Source of the DNA: the human T2T-CHM13v2.0 reference genome, Homo sapiens
Length of the DNA stretch: 64,000 nucleotides
NCBI RefSeq assembly: GCF_009914755.1
Contig: NC_060935.1
Direction: 5' to 3' (one strand)
A model generated the notes under the pieces. That model was not told the origin of the DNA. It ran no database searches and was given only the letters and a program-made list of their open reading frames with translations. Positions 13,479-25,800 of this stretch are shown here, piece after piece. Numbering within the stretch: position 1 is the first letter of the stretch; each line of letters begins with the position of its first letter. The translations under genes and the position numbers were made by a program.

Positions 13479-13819
13479 GCAGATAAAATGGACAGGATAC
13501 TGAACTGGGAGTGAGGATTCTTCCTGGCAGACTCCTGGGTCAGCTGTGACCCTGGGCCATTTCCTAAATTGTCTGGCCTGAGTTTCATTATCTAAAAAGT
13601 GAGCCCAGGCAGGAAAGGGAATGAATTCCAGTCTGCAAGATCCCTTCAATTTCAAAACTTAGATACTTTTGTTAAAATTTCAAGATGTTCCTGTGACTTA
13701 GGATTGACCAGTTGAAGAACCCAGTCTTAGAGTCACCAATGAGGGCACTTTTCATCAGCATAAATGCCATCAGTGCTACTAGAAAGAGATACCACTAGGG
13801 GCGTTCAAAATCCAAGACC

Positions 13820-13985
13820 ACAGACTTCAGAACCAGATAAACCTGACTTCAAATTCCAGTGCCACAATTTACTAACTCTGGGAACTCAGACAAGTCACCA
13901 GTTCTCATCCTTAAAATGGAGCAGACAATGCCAAACGTCATAGGGATGTTGGGTGGATTCATGAAAATGCAAACATCAAGCTCTC
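13820..13985 (+). mobile_element. MIR SINE
   Basis: ttcaaattccagtgccacaatttactaactctggga..tcatccttaaaatgg. Confidence 0.6.
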
Positions 13986-15030
13986 CCAGGCACCAAAGGT
14001 GCATAGTTCGTCTACATGGATTGTGCCAAAGCAAATTAGATGTCCGGGGAAAAGGCCAGGTATGCTGGGCAAATGTCCTGTGTCCTCATGGGTCCCCAGG
14101 ATGGGGCCCACTGTCCCCATTGGGCTCACGCTAAACCGTGTTAATGGAGAAAGCCAGCCCACGTTTCATTCCTCTCCATAATGAAAAAGAAGGAGGGAAT
14201 CACAAGAGAAAGAAAGACAAAATTGAGGAGCTGAGATTGGGGTTTGTGAGCACTTCAGCAAGGAAACAAATATCTTTATTGGCTCTGGACAGTCTGCCAA
14301 TCAGCCACGAAATTACCAGCTTCTCTTTCCTCCCAGAAGGGCCTGCGCGGCTGCACACAAAAGCTGCCGAAGGAACTTCGGGACCTGGAGAATAAAAGCC
14401 CCTCTCTGCAGAGCACAGGCTGATTTGCAATGCATTGCTTCAGCATAATTTCCCAACTCTGCAGCCACACAAAGCCGTTTCTGTCCCTATCTGTGAGTTT
14501 AATAATTTCTATTTCCTACACCTTGCATTCATAATGCATCCTCCCAACATGGGCTTGGGCTGGGCATTGGCCTCGGGCCTCAGGCATGTCAGCCTTCTCC
14601 AGGGCCTCAGGCTGGAAAACCATTTATTAGACAATTTAGTCTCTTTGGAGGGCAGCAACAGAAGGCAAACTGCCTGACCTCCTTGAAATGTTCCTCTTGT
14701 ACCTACCTTACCCTTCACAGCCCTTTTCCCCCATTTCATTATTTATTCCAGCTACTATGCGGTACATGTTGTCCTGGAGGCTGTAAGACCTGGTTTGTTA
14801 TCATCAATAGCACAGCACTGGTGAGATGAGATATATATACAGACAGACAGTTGGGATTCAATATGAGAAGTGTACTTGACCATGACTCTGTGAGGGTTGT
14901 CACCATGTCTATTTAGGTTTACTCTTGTTCTCTCTAGCACTAGACACATAATAAGTGCTCAATCATATCTGATGAATATTAAGTGAAAAAATAAAGGAAT
15001 ACCAAGACCTATAAATATAATGAAAAGAGA

Positions 15031-15070
15031 TTGGTTTGGTTTGGTTTGGTTTGGGTTGGTTTGGTTTGGT
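15031..15070 (+). repeat. (GGTTT)n microsatellite
   Basis: About 8 units read directly. Confidence 0.95.
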
Positions 15071-15623
15071 AGGGAGGGAAGCAGTGGGGAGGTACATGTC
15101 ACAGGAACCCTAAAAGTGAGGATAGCTGCTGAACTGACACTAGAAAAATACAGAAGTAAAATTTCACAGAAAGAGGCAGAGGTTGAAAGAAGAAACTTCC
15201 CACCAGAGGACTGAGCCCCTGCCAAGGCCAGAAGAGCATTGAGAGTTTGGGATCCCTGAGGCCGCCTGAGCCTAGGTTTAGTGGTAGCAGAGCAAGCTAG
15301 AAAAGGAGGTCAGCCCCAGTGATCCAAGACCTCACTCATATACCAGGCCAGGAACAGGGAAGGGGTCAGACAAATCCCAGGCATGAGTCCCAGCCCCATC
15401 ACTGATCAGTCATGTGACTTTGGTGGAGAGAGCTAACCTTGCTGAGCCACGGTTTCCTTCTCTGTAACATAAGTGCCCACCTTCCAGCCTCGTTGTGAGG
15501 GTTACAAGCAATGGCCATGCACAGAAGCACAAGGCACAGCGCCCAGCTTAGCTGATTCCCTGGGCCTCAGGTGGAAGTCGGAGCCTGCCTTGAACAGGGA
15601 TTCTGAAAATTCTGATGCAGGTA

Positions 15624-16139
15624 TATATTAATCTGCATTCTCCAGAGAAGCAGAACCAGTAGGATATATATAAATATACAAAAAGGGATTTAGTATGAGG
15701 GATTGGCTTATGCAATTATGGAGGCTGAGATGTCCCACAATCTACCATCTGTAAGCAAAAGTCCCAGGAAATCCAGTGACAGAGTTCCAGTCCAAGCCCA
15801 AAGGCCTGAACCCAGAGGAGCCAATGGTACAAGTCCTTGTCTGAGTCTGAAGATCCAAGAACCAGGAGTGGCAATGCCTGAGGGCAGGAGAAAATGGATG
15901 TCCCAGCTCAAGCAGAGAGAGAGAATCTGTCCTTCCTCTGCCTTTTTGTTCTAATTGGTCCCTCAACAGATTGGATGACCCCCATCCACACTTGGAGAGA
16001 GATCTTCTTACTCAGTCTATGGATTCCAATGCTTACACCTACTAGAAAGGCACTCATAGACACACCCAGAAATAATGTTTTATCAGCTATCTGGGCATCC
16101 CTTAGCTCAGTCAAGTTGACACATGAAATTAAGCACCTA
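15624..16139 (-). mobile_element. MLT2B-type ERVL solo LTR
   Basis: tattaatctgcattctccagagaagcagaacc..cagtcaagttgacacatgaaattaa; 5-bp TSD AGGTA on both sides. Confidence 0.9.
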
Positions 16140-16732
16140 AGGTATCTCTGAGACTGGGTAGAAAACCATGTGAGGGTCATGGACAGACTCTCATCTTCCC
16201 TCTCCTTTCTGGTTTTAGAAAACACCAGCATGATCTGCCACCCCACTCCTATCCCTCCAGGAAGAGCCAGTCCAGCCAAAGGAAAGGTAGCAGGCACGAA
16301 GTGCTGTGAGCAAACCAAGTGCCAGCCGACACCAGTCAGAGGATAGTGAGATGAGGGATCCCAAAATGGCTCCCAGGGTGCGTGTAACCCAGGCACTTTT
16401 CCTAGCAGGCAGCCCATACTTCCTTTCTCAGCTGGCTCTTCCTCACACACATTTTCTCTCCTTCAGACAGTGAGGAAGGGGGAATCTCTCTTCCTCTTCT
16501 CCTCCACCAGCCATATTATTGTCTCTTTGCATCCCCCAGACTACCTCTCTCAGTGCTGAACCCACAGTAAAATTTGAAGGGTTAGACCTGAAATAAACCC
16601 TTATCTCTACCCTAATTGTACAGATGAGAAGATGAGGCTCAGAAAGATCATGAGACCTGCAGGGTTTGACACTGAGTTAGTGGTGGAGGCAGTGGGCGCT
16701 TAGTAGGCACAAGCTGGTTGATTGTTTCTGCC

Positions 16733-16985
16733 TATGTTAGTCAGGAAGCATCTAGCTGTGAGTAACAAAGTGTCCAACCCAAAAGGGCTTAGGCAATGAG
16801 AACACTTATCATCTGATACAATAAGAAGCCCCATCAAATCAGTCAATCAATATCAAGAGCCTAGGTTCTTTCCCTCCCTGCTCTGCCATCCTAAGGGTGT
16901 TGGGCAATTGTCCTTAAGCTTTTCTCCTTGTGGTGGTAGAGTGGCTGCAGGAGCTGTAAGCATCATGTCCTCACACAATAATACT
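16733..16985 (-). mobile_element. Old MaLR LTR (MLT1K/L-like), resumes near 17610-17820
   Basis: tagctgtgagtaacaaag..ctctgccatcct..tggctgcaggagctgtaagcatcatgtcctcacac. Confidence 0.55.
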
Positions 16986-17003
16986 CCTCAAAAAATAGGA
17001 TGC

Positions 17004-17298
17004 AGCCGGGTATGGTGCCTTGCACCTGTAATTGCAGCACTTTGGGAAGCCGAGGAGGTAAATTATTTGAGTCAAGGAGTTCGGGACCAGCCTGGGCAAC
17101 ATGGCAAAACCCCATCTGTACAAAAAATACAAAAACTAGCTTGGTGTGGTAGCAGGCACCTGTAGTCCTAGCTATTCAGGAGGCTGCAGAGGGAGGATCA
17201 CCTGAACCAAGGGAGGCTGAGGCTGTAGTGAGCTGAGATCACATCACTGCACTCCAACCTGGGCAACAGAGGGAGACTCTGTCTCAGAAAAAAAAAAA
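17004..17298 (+). mobile_element. AluJ
   Basis: Diverged dimeric Alu with gagggaggatcacctgaacc. Confidence 0.9.
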
Positions 17299-17605
17299 GA
17301 CCAGGGGCAGTGGCTCACACCTGTAATCCTGGCACTTTGGGAGGCCAAGGCAGGCAGATGGCTTGAGGCCAGGAGTTTGAGACCAGCCTGGCCAATATGG
17401 AGAAACCCTGTCTCAACTAAAAATACAAAAATTAGCCAGGTGTGGTGGCGTGCAGCTATAATCCCAGCTACTTGGGAGGCTGAGGCACAAGAATTACTTG
17501 AACCTGGGAAGCAGAGGCTGCAGTGAGCTAAGATTGTGCCACTGCACTCCAGCTGGGATGACAGAGTGAGACTCTGTCTCAAAAAATGAAAAAAATATAA
17601 AAAAT
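17299..17605 (+). mobile_element. AluS/J inserted in the tail of the preceding Alu
   Basis: Full dimeric Alu directly after the A-tail of the first. Confidence 0.9.
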
Positions 17606-18424
17606 AAAGGATGTGCCCATTTTAGGGTGAGAAATCTTCTAAGAATCCCCTGCAGGCTGTGTCTCGCTGGTTACAATTACAGGTAGAATAGGCTTAGTGT
17701 GATTGGCTGGCTCCTTACGGGATGCATCCTTTGGGCATGGGGAAAGCGAGCTTTCCCTGAGGCACCTGGGTCCAGGACGGCTGGACAAAGTGAAGGTTCT
17801 GCCAGCAAAAGAAGAAGGTGTAGACTGACTGGAATGCAGGCAATGGACAGCTGGACATGCTGCCCAGGTGTGACACTGGGTCCCAGCTTCCCAAGGACGA
17901 AAAGGAGACAGCTTTTGCTGGAATGCAAGGGCCTGTCAGCGTTTGTTGCAGCCTAAGTCCCCGCTTTGCTCCTTTTTGCCAAGAACTCGGGCACAGAGCT
18001 AAGCAGCCAGGATGAAATCCTGACTAGCGATGTCGGATGGAGCTATCAGCTTATCCTCCTAGAGCCTCAATTCCCTCAGCCACTCAAGAAGAGCAGGCAC
18101 TGTAGCCTCCTCTGCTCTTAGCATAAAACCCCGAAACATAGTAGATGCTCAAATAATATTGCTGAGCAAATGAATAAATGCTATAAGCCTATGATAAGTA
18201 TCCCTCTCTTAGAGGGTTGTAATTGGAATCCAGTGTGATAATGTAGAAAAAAGCATTTTGTTAAAAGTGCAAGGAGGTGTTAATATTTTCATTATTTTCC
18301 TCTCTTCTCTTTCTCATCCACCTCAAAAAAACCTGACTTTGTACAAAAAAGGTCTATACAGGACTCACCTAGCCTGGCTCAGAACACTTGAACACTTGGG
18401 GATTTCTGAGAAAATGGGAGAATC

Positions 18425-18724
18425 TTTTTTTTTTTTCTTTTTTGAGACGGAGTCTTGCTCTGTCACCCAGCCTGGAGTGCAGTGGTGTGATCTCGGCTCA
18501 CTGCAAGCTCCAACTCCCAGGTTCACGCCATTCTCCTGCCTCAGCCTCCTGAGTAGCTGGGACTATAGGTGCCTGCCACCACGCCTGGCTAATTTTTTGT
18601 ATTTTTAGTAGAGACAGGGTTTCACCACGTTAACCAGGATGGTCTCGATCTCCTGACCTCGTGATCCACCCGCCTCGGCCTCCCAAAGTGCTGGGATTAC
18701 AGGTGTGAGCCACCGCGCCCGGCC
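18425..18724 (-). mobile_element. AluY
   Basis: Diagnostic gcaagctcc, ttcacgccattctc, ggatggtctcgatctcctgacctcgtgatcc; TSD gaaaatg(g/a)gagaatct. Confidence 0.92.
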
Positions 18725-18766
18725 GAAAATGAGAGAATCTTAAGAAACAAGTCCTAGATCAAAGTC

Positions 18767-19164
18767 TGTCTTGGTTAGCTGGGGCTGCCACAACAAAAAC
18801 ACCACAGACTGGGCTTAAGGCTTAAACAACACATCAATTTTCTCACAGTTCTGGAGACTAGAAGTCCAAGATCAAGATGCTGTCAGGGTTGGTTTCTGGT
18901 GAGGCCTCTCCTGGCTTGTAAGTGGCCTCCTTCTCATTGTGTCCTCACACAGACTTTCCTCTGTGTGTGCATGGACAGAGTGAGAGATCTGTGGTGTCTT
19001 TCCCTCTTCTATAAGGCCACCAGTCCCATTGGATTAGGGCTCCATCCTTAGAACCTCATTTAACCCTTATTACATCTCTAAAGGCCTTATCTCCAAGTAC
19101 AGTTACATTAGGGGTGAGGGCTTTAATGTCAGAATTTTGGAGGGACCCAATTCAGTCCATAGCA
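18767..19164 (-). mobile_element. MLT1A-type MaLR LTR
   Basis: tgtcttggttagctggggctgccacaacaaaa..tctcacagttctggag..aattcagtccatagca. Confidence 0.88.
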
Positions 19165-19317
19165 CCAGTCATATTAGGTTAGGGCCCATCTTAATGACCA
19201 CTTTAACTTGATTATCTCTGTAAAAAAAATCCTGTCTCCAAATAAGGTCACATTCTGAAGTACAGGGGCTAGGACTTCAACATATGCATTTTGAGGGACA
19301 CAGTTCAACCCCTAACA
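19165..19317 (-). mobile_element. Second partial MLT1 (B/C-like) LTR end
   Basis: tccaaataaggtcacattctgaagtac..cacagttcaacccctaaca. Confidence 0.8.
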
Positions 19318-20974
19318 AGATCTAAGGAGGATTCCAGAATTGCCCTTCGGTCTTGAGACCACAAACATAGCCTCCCCTCTCATGATTTATGCCACAGCAG
19401 AATGTCAGCATGACAGTGTCATCTGTCCCACATACATCCTCAGATCTCCAACTGACCGTGTCACTCTTGGCATCATTCCCAGGCTCATCCATCCCCAGTT
19501 CTATATACCAGCACTTGTTATTGGCTTTTTCTCTGCCTAAACCACTTGCACAAGGGTCTAGTGGCCCATTCAGACTCTAATGTCTGGTTTCCTAACCCCA
19601 GCCTTCTGTTAAGTGAAGAAATGCACGTATCTTTGATTTGCCATGACTCACTGGGGTATATTAGTTTGTGTTACAGTTACTAGCAATTCCAAAATCCCAG
19701 TCACTTAAGACAACAAATTTGTTTAACTAATCTATATGCCTAATGCTGTTGGGCATCGGGCTGTGCTCCACACATCATTCAGGGACCCAGGCTGATGTAA
19801 GTTCCACCAGATCATGACATCACCATCTCCGGATTCAGCAGAGGGGAAGGTTGGCGGGGTCGGGGGAGGGGGGCAGGAGGGACATGGAGAAATACACACC
19901 TACTCTTAAGTGCTTACATGTCATTCCTGGTTACACTCCACAGCCAGAACTAGCCACTTAATTCTGACTAATTCTTTCATGTGAACAGAAAAAGGAAGAT
20001 GTTTGGAAATATTGATGAGCACTAATAATGTCTATCAAACTCACACTTTCATCTAATAACTATGAACCCTCCCCAGCCAGGAGAGCCTCCACATTCCCTG
20101 CTGGAGACAAAATATTCACTTAAACATTCTCAACATACACACCCCAAAATGGGCAAGGAGCCACTCCTTATTTCTAAGGCAGTAATTTCAACATTTTTCT
20201 AATATGTGATCCAGCGATGAAAAGGAGTAATTCCAACTTTCATCTGCCCAGTAACTGGAAGTGCCTCCACCTGCCTAGAGACAGAGCTCCTCTGCCCTTT
20301 CCTATAGCAAGGTATTCCATGGTTGAGAGGACCAACAGGAAAAAGAAAATCATCCGCCTCACCACTGCTCCCAACCCCCAGGACGGCTTACTCTGGAGAG
20401 CACTTACACGCACCCACTGTTTCCCCTCCTCCCAGGGCCCCAATCCCACTCAGCCAAGGAACACAAAGATAAATAATTCGAGACAAGGCATGCTGCCGTG
20501 CTGCTGCCATTGCCAGGATTTAGTGCACACATCGCTCATGCTCCTCTTGCTGCCACGAGAAAAATTACAAATTGATCCACAGGACCTGACTCCCTGCTCA
20601 CATACTTCTCCTGGGCTGCCGTTGCTGCTTCTCTCTATAAGTAATGGCTAAGATGGTGACAGTAGAATTTAGGTCTGGTATAGGGGTGGGGGGATTGAGG
20701 ATGGTAAGCACAGAGTGTGAGAAGAGTTGACAGCGGGAGGAGGAGGGGCCAAAGAGCCGGGGCTTGACCTTAATGCAAGACGCTGGGATACTCAACCAAG
20801 AGTTCCCATGGAGGAATAAGGCAAGCACCTTGCTGCTCAATAGGCAGAGATGTTGTCTTCTACCTCCTTTAGAGTAAGAGCATAAAAATACTATTAGCCA
20901 CCAATTTTTAAGCCTTTATTTTGTGCTAAGTACTGTTCTAAGTGTTTAATGTGCAGCAACTCATTTGAACCAGT

Positions 20975-21440
20975 TCGAATTCAGCTTGGCTAGGAGTGGT
21001 AGTAAACCCAAGACAACAGCGATTTAGGTAAGCTAGGTGTTTATTTTAGATCCAGAGGTAAACTCTCTAGGGCTAGTATGCATATCACAGTGTTTAAACC
21101 TAGGTCCCTTCTATCTTATCTTATTGCTCTACCTGCCTGCCTTCCACTTCCAAAGTTACTTTATGCTCCATGGTGACTACTCCAGCTCCAGCCATGTCTG
21201 AACTCCTGCTAGCAGAAAGGAAGTAAGAGGAGAAAAGCATGCACCCTCTCTTTAAGGGCATGTCCTAGAAAGTGCACATACTTCTATTTGCATTTGATTG
21301 GTCTGAACTTAGCCACGTGGCTGCACTAGCAAGGGAGGCTGGGAAATGCAGTCCTGATTCCAGGCAGCTGTATGATCAACTAGCATTTGGGAGTTCTATC
21401 ATTGTAGAAGGACAGAAAGTGACTGATGGACAACTTGCAG
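20975..21440 (-). mobile_element. Old MaLR LTR (MLT1K/L-like) inserted in a MIR
   Basis: attggtctgaacttagccacgtggctgcactagcaagggaggctgggaaatgcagtc; MIR halves at ~20890-20970 and ~21450-21515. Confidence 0.6.
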
Positions 21441-22237
21441 CTCAGTCTCATCATTCATCTCACAACAACTTTTTGAGGTAGTACTGCTATTAAATGCCTT
21501 TTACAGGTGAGGTAACCAGCACACGAAACTTTCACATGAAACTCCCTGATCAAAATCATTTTTATCCTTCAAGTTACTTAATGAAAATCAATGACATTTT
21601 ACCTTGCATTAATATTAAGTGTTTACCTATCTGGCTGCCACAAGAGACTATGGCTCCTGAAAGGAAGGGCTATATATGTAATTCATCTCTACCTGGTGCC
21701 TAATATCATGCCCAGTATGACAGAGATGTTCAGCAGATAAACATCTGTCGTATTAGATAAAATACAATCCTTTCCCTTTGCTCTGTCATTATCACCGTCA
21801 TTATCAAAAACCTATTAATCAGCTGTTAACATGCATTAGCATTCATATTTCAAGATAAATAGATGTAGCACCCACTGTCCAGGAAGTTATAGTCTAAATC
21901 TGGGAGAACCTGAAATAGAATAACATTCACCTCTTTCCCAACCCTCTTATCTAGAGAAGCGAGATCCTGCTCTCCTGGTGGAAGAGCCCTCCCTGGGCTT
22001 TCTTGCCAGAAGGGATGAATTCCTGCCACCCTAGGGAAGAGAAGCAGAGCTGCACCCAAGAATAGGAAACTGCAGCTCAGCATCCTTCACAGCCCCACCA
22101 CCCCCGGGAGCTGATGAGGCTGAGCAGTTCAGGCAGAGTTCATCTTAAGTGACTCCCTCATCACCCTGCTCTCAGCCCATTCTTTGCGGCATTTGCAATT
22201 TCTCTGCTCCGGGGGTCAAGTCTCCAGTGTGCCCTCC

Positions 22238-22425
22238 CTGAGTAATTGTGAAATTATTATGGTTGGTGATTTTAATTTAAATTGGATGGAGAAATGTCAT
22301 ACTGCGGTCGACTCATTTGTTATGGATTTTCACTTAACCAAACTGATTAGTCAACCAACTAGACTTAACTTGAGAGTTGTAATCATTCATTATTAGATCT
22401 CATTTTTCCCAACGCACCCAGATGA
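22238..22425 (+). pseudogene. Relic APE-type endonuclease of an ancient non-LTR retrotransposon (L2/CR1/Crack clade)
   Basis: Translates EIIMVGDFNLNW..HLTKLISQPTRLNL and, after a 1-nt frameshift near 22375, SCNHSLLDLIFPNAP: the GDFN, PTR and LDL motifs in correct order and spacing. Confidence 0.8.
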
Positions 22426-22654
22426 TGTCAAGAAATTAAAACTGCAGCAAAAACTTTAGCAGTGTCTTCACATCAAGGCAGTGGGGTCTCTGCCTGAAAG
22501 GCCCCAGAGATGGAAAAGGCTGTAGAAATCCGTCGGGGAGCCACAAGGGCCAAATTGCTGGGCCAAGAGTGGACAAAAGAAATGATCTGGGAGTTTATCT
22601 GGAGGAAACCAGGCTATCAGAAATTGAGCTATGCCTCCTCCCCTCCCCATGTGT

Positions 22655-22945
22655 CAAACTTCTACTCATCCTTCAAGATCCCTTCAGCTGCTACCTCTTT
22701 TATGAAGCCTTCCGTGACTTCCCAGCTGGAGTAATTTCCCATTTTTTCCATTCTTGTAGTACATCTCTCTTATAGGAATTACTAAGTTACTAATTCGTGT
22801 TATTATTGTTTGAGTACCTTTTCTGAACTATAAGCTCCTTAAGGCCATGGTCAATTTCAGTTTTGTATCCTGGCTTCTATCACTATGCTTAGCACACGGC
22901 AGGCACTCCATAAATGTTTCTCAGTGGATTTGGATGAGTGAATAA
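22655..22945 (+). mobile_element. L2 LINE 3' end
   Basis: ctactcatccttcaag..gaagccttcc..ctataagctccttaagg..gcaggcactccataaatgtt..tgagtgaat. Confidence 0.75.
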
Positions 22946-23116
22946 ATTGCCTAAAGGGCAATTCATGTGGTTAGGCACTGGGATAGATTTTATAAGCAAA
23001 GCAAAATTTATCACCATAGATTCTATCTGCACAAGAGTGGGAGAGAAATGGCCCAATTGCGACAGGTATAAATCAGACCTAGAGGTTAGAGTGGACATTA
23101 TGCTGAGTGTGACTCA

Positions 23117-23522
<406 letters not shown>

Positions 23523-23645
23523 TCACTCAGCTTCTGCCCCAGACAGACTAACCCTGGGACAAAGCTTAGAAGGTCATCACTTAGAAGTCATCACTTAGAA
23601 GTCGTCACTGCTGACTGAAATCTGGAAACAGAGGCCTCATTTGGA

Positions 23646-23813
23646 CAGGGGCACCTGCATGGGCTTGCAACCTGTGTGGCAGCTGCTTAGAAGGCATCTG
23701 TGGTTTAATGCGGTCTGTTGCCACCATCTTGAAATTCCTCATAATTTTTGAATAAAGGGCCTTGAATTTTTATTTTGCCCCAGGAAGCTCCATAAACTAT
23801 GTAGCTGGTGCAG
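23646..23813 (+). mobile_element. MER53-like hAT DNA transposon
   Basis: tggtttaatgc..catcttgaaattcctcataatttttgaataaaggg..tatgtagctggt. Confidence 0.7.
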
Positions 23814-25239
23814 TATATGGTGAAACCATCTCATATGAGAAATGGCTGAAGAAACTACCATGTTTTACCTGGAGCAGGTATGATGTCCTAACTGTCTTCA
23901 AATGCCTAAGGACAGCCATGTGGGAGAAAAATGAGGCTCCTTCTGGATGCCCCAGAGGACATAACCAGAGCCACTGGGTTGAGATTCGTTCACATTGGGG
24001 TTGGTCTTGGTGGGGGTATGGAGCACTTTGCGTTGACTACAATTATTTGAGAAAGACACCCAGATGGTGATGTGCAGTCTATCACCAGAGACTTCATGCT
24101 GAGACTACATTTGGTACAGGATATTGTGGAGCAGAGGTGGAAGCATCAGATGGGGGTTGGACTGAAAGATTCATAAAATCCTTTCCAGTGCTTTGATTCT
24201 ATGCTTCCAAACCTAGGCAGCCCCCTTTCTAAAGCAGAGTAGAGGCAAGTGGAAAGGCATCAGGGGAGTAGAGGGGGAGAGAAATCTACTGTCTGAGCTA
24301 AGTAGATGTGGACCTGTGACTCTTGATTTAGAACAGGTGCAGCCAGAGATGAAAAGAGGCAGCTTTACAGTTGGCCCTATCTCTAGATCTTTCTCAACAG
24401 TGTTCCCTCCTGTTGCCCAGGTAGGATGCTTAACCTCCATGAACAGTGTTACTAGTCAGCACTTTTCTACCCCACCCTAGCCAAGAAACACACCCCAGAT
24501 GGATTTAATCACCTACCTAGGGTGTCCTGGGGGCTGTGGAGGAGTTAGAAGTGGCTACAGAGAAGTCAACTGCATGAACATCCTCAAAGTTGTCTTAAGT
24601 GGCTTTAATCCAGAAAGATCCAGGGATTCTCAACACATGAAAAATAAGTTCAGGGCCAATCGCTTCCTTCCTCACTCCTGGAATCATTTTTCCAGCTCTG
24701 CTGTCTGCACACCCCATGGGAGCTGTTCATTAATGAGGATGAGAAATGCCTAAATTACACCTCTGGTTCATGTCCAGCTCATTCAGGTGGTAAGAAAGTG
24801 AGATAACTCACTCCTGCATCACTTCGATTATTATCATCAAGTCATTTCCCCTTCAGCACAGAGAAGCCATTGACCAGGGGACCAAAACTGCATCCTTCCC
24901 TCCTCATGTCTGCATCCCACTCTGACCCCCAGGCTCTTCCTTTCCATTCCTGTTTTCTTTATCAATGGAAGCTTTGTTTCCCTCTTCTACCTGGGCACTA
25001 GATCTTATCTGTCCCTGTCTTGTTATAAGATCAACATCGAGCACTTTCGATGGTCTTTTCCTGGAGCACAGCAGTTTCATGCTCACACTCATTGCAATTG
25101 GGGGGCTGGGGAGGGACTGGTAGTGCAACTGGTACCCTCCTCCTCTCCCCACCCCATCTGCCCACTGCCACTCCAACTTCAGATGGACTCTGAAAACTGC
25201 CACCATTTGGGGGAGAACGGAAGGCAGAGAGGAAGGTGC

Positions 25240-25800
25240 TGAACAAAGGCTTTATTCAACCTCTTGCAGGCTAACATCTCCGAAAAGCTTTTAACAGAGA
25301 CCATCATTTCCCTCCAAGAATCAATGCATTTTAATTCATACGAAGATATTTGTCTGCTGCTCCATTCCTTCGAGGCGCAGAGACACGTTGAACAAAACAA
25401 GTCAGCCTCGCGTGGAGACAAACGCTCCAGCTTCTCCCTGAAATTACTGGAAGTTCATTTTCAAAAGCCGTCCTGTTTTCTGGGAATCAATGCGTATCAA
25501 CTAAAATCAATAGTTTCTCCGTGCGGATGGGCTGAGACACCAAACTGATTTAGCGTTCCAGTGCATTTGTATCCAAATCTAGACGTTCTCAACAAGTCAA
25601 TGAATTTAAGCGTCTGCCAGTGTCTTTTCACTTAAAACTAATCTGTTTGCTGATCGGACTGTACATTTCCAGAGTGCGTAGTAATATAGTCTGTGTGTTT
25701 ACCAGATCCAATGTACATTAACTCAAATCAAAATATTTCCACTTAAGTTAAAATCGAGTTTGTCCGGACTTCAGCAATGCTCACGGGAATTAACTCTAGC
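25240..25800. promoter_or_regulatory. Candidate conserved element (CpG-retaining, AT-rich)
   Basis: 20 CpGs counted in 25281-25790 at roughly 40% GC; free of recognisable young repeats. Confidence 0.5.

Noticed and set aside
13791-13804. CTCF-like CCACTAGGGGCG
   Set aside because: One base short of the core spacing, so the GGC falls out of register
22184-22396. Functional endonuclease gene
   Set aside because: Only a partial domain, frameshifted, with no ATG at the ORF start and no linked RT; treated as a relic
23566-23609. Three 14-15 bp tandem units TTAGAAGTCATCAC as a CRISPR-like array
   Set aside because: No spacers, eukaryotic context; simple slippage repeat
25264-25548. 94-aa plus-strand ORF in the CpG-retaining block as a coding exon
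   Set aside because: No recognisable homology and no convincing splice donor; not fully excluded without PhyloCSF
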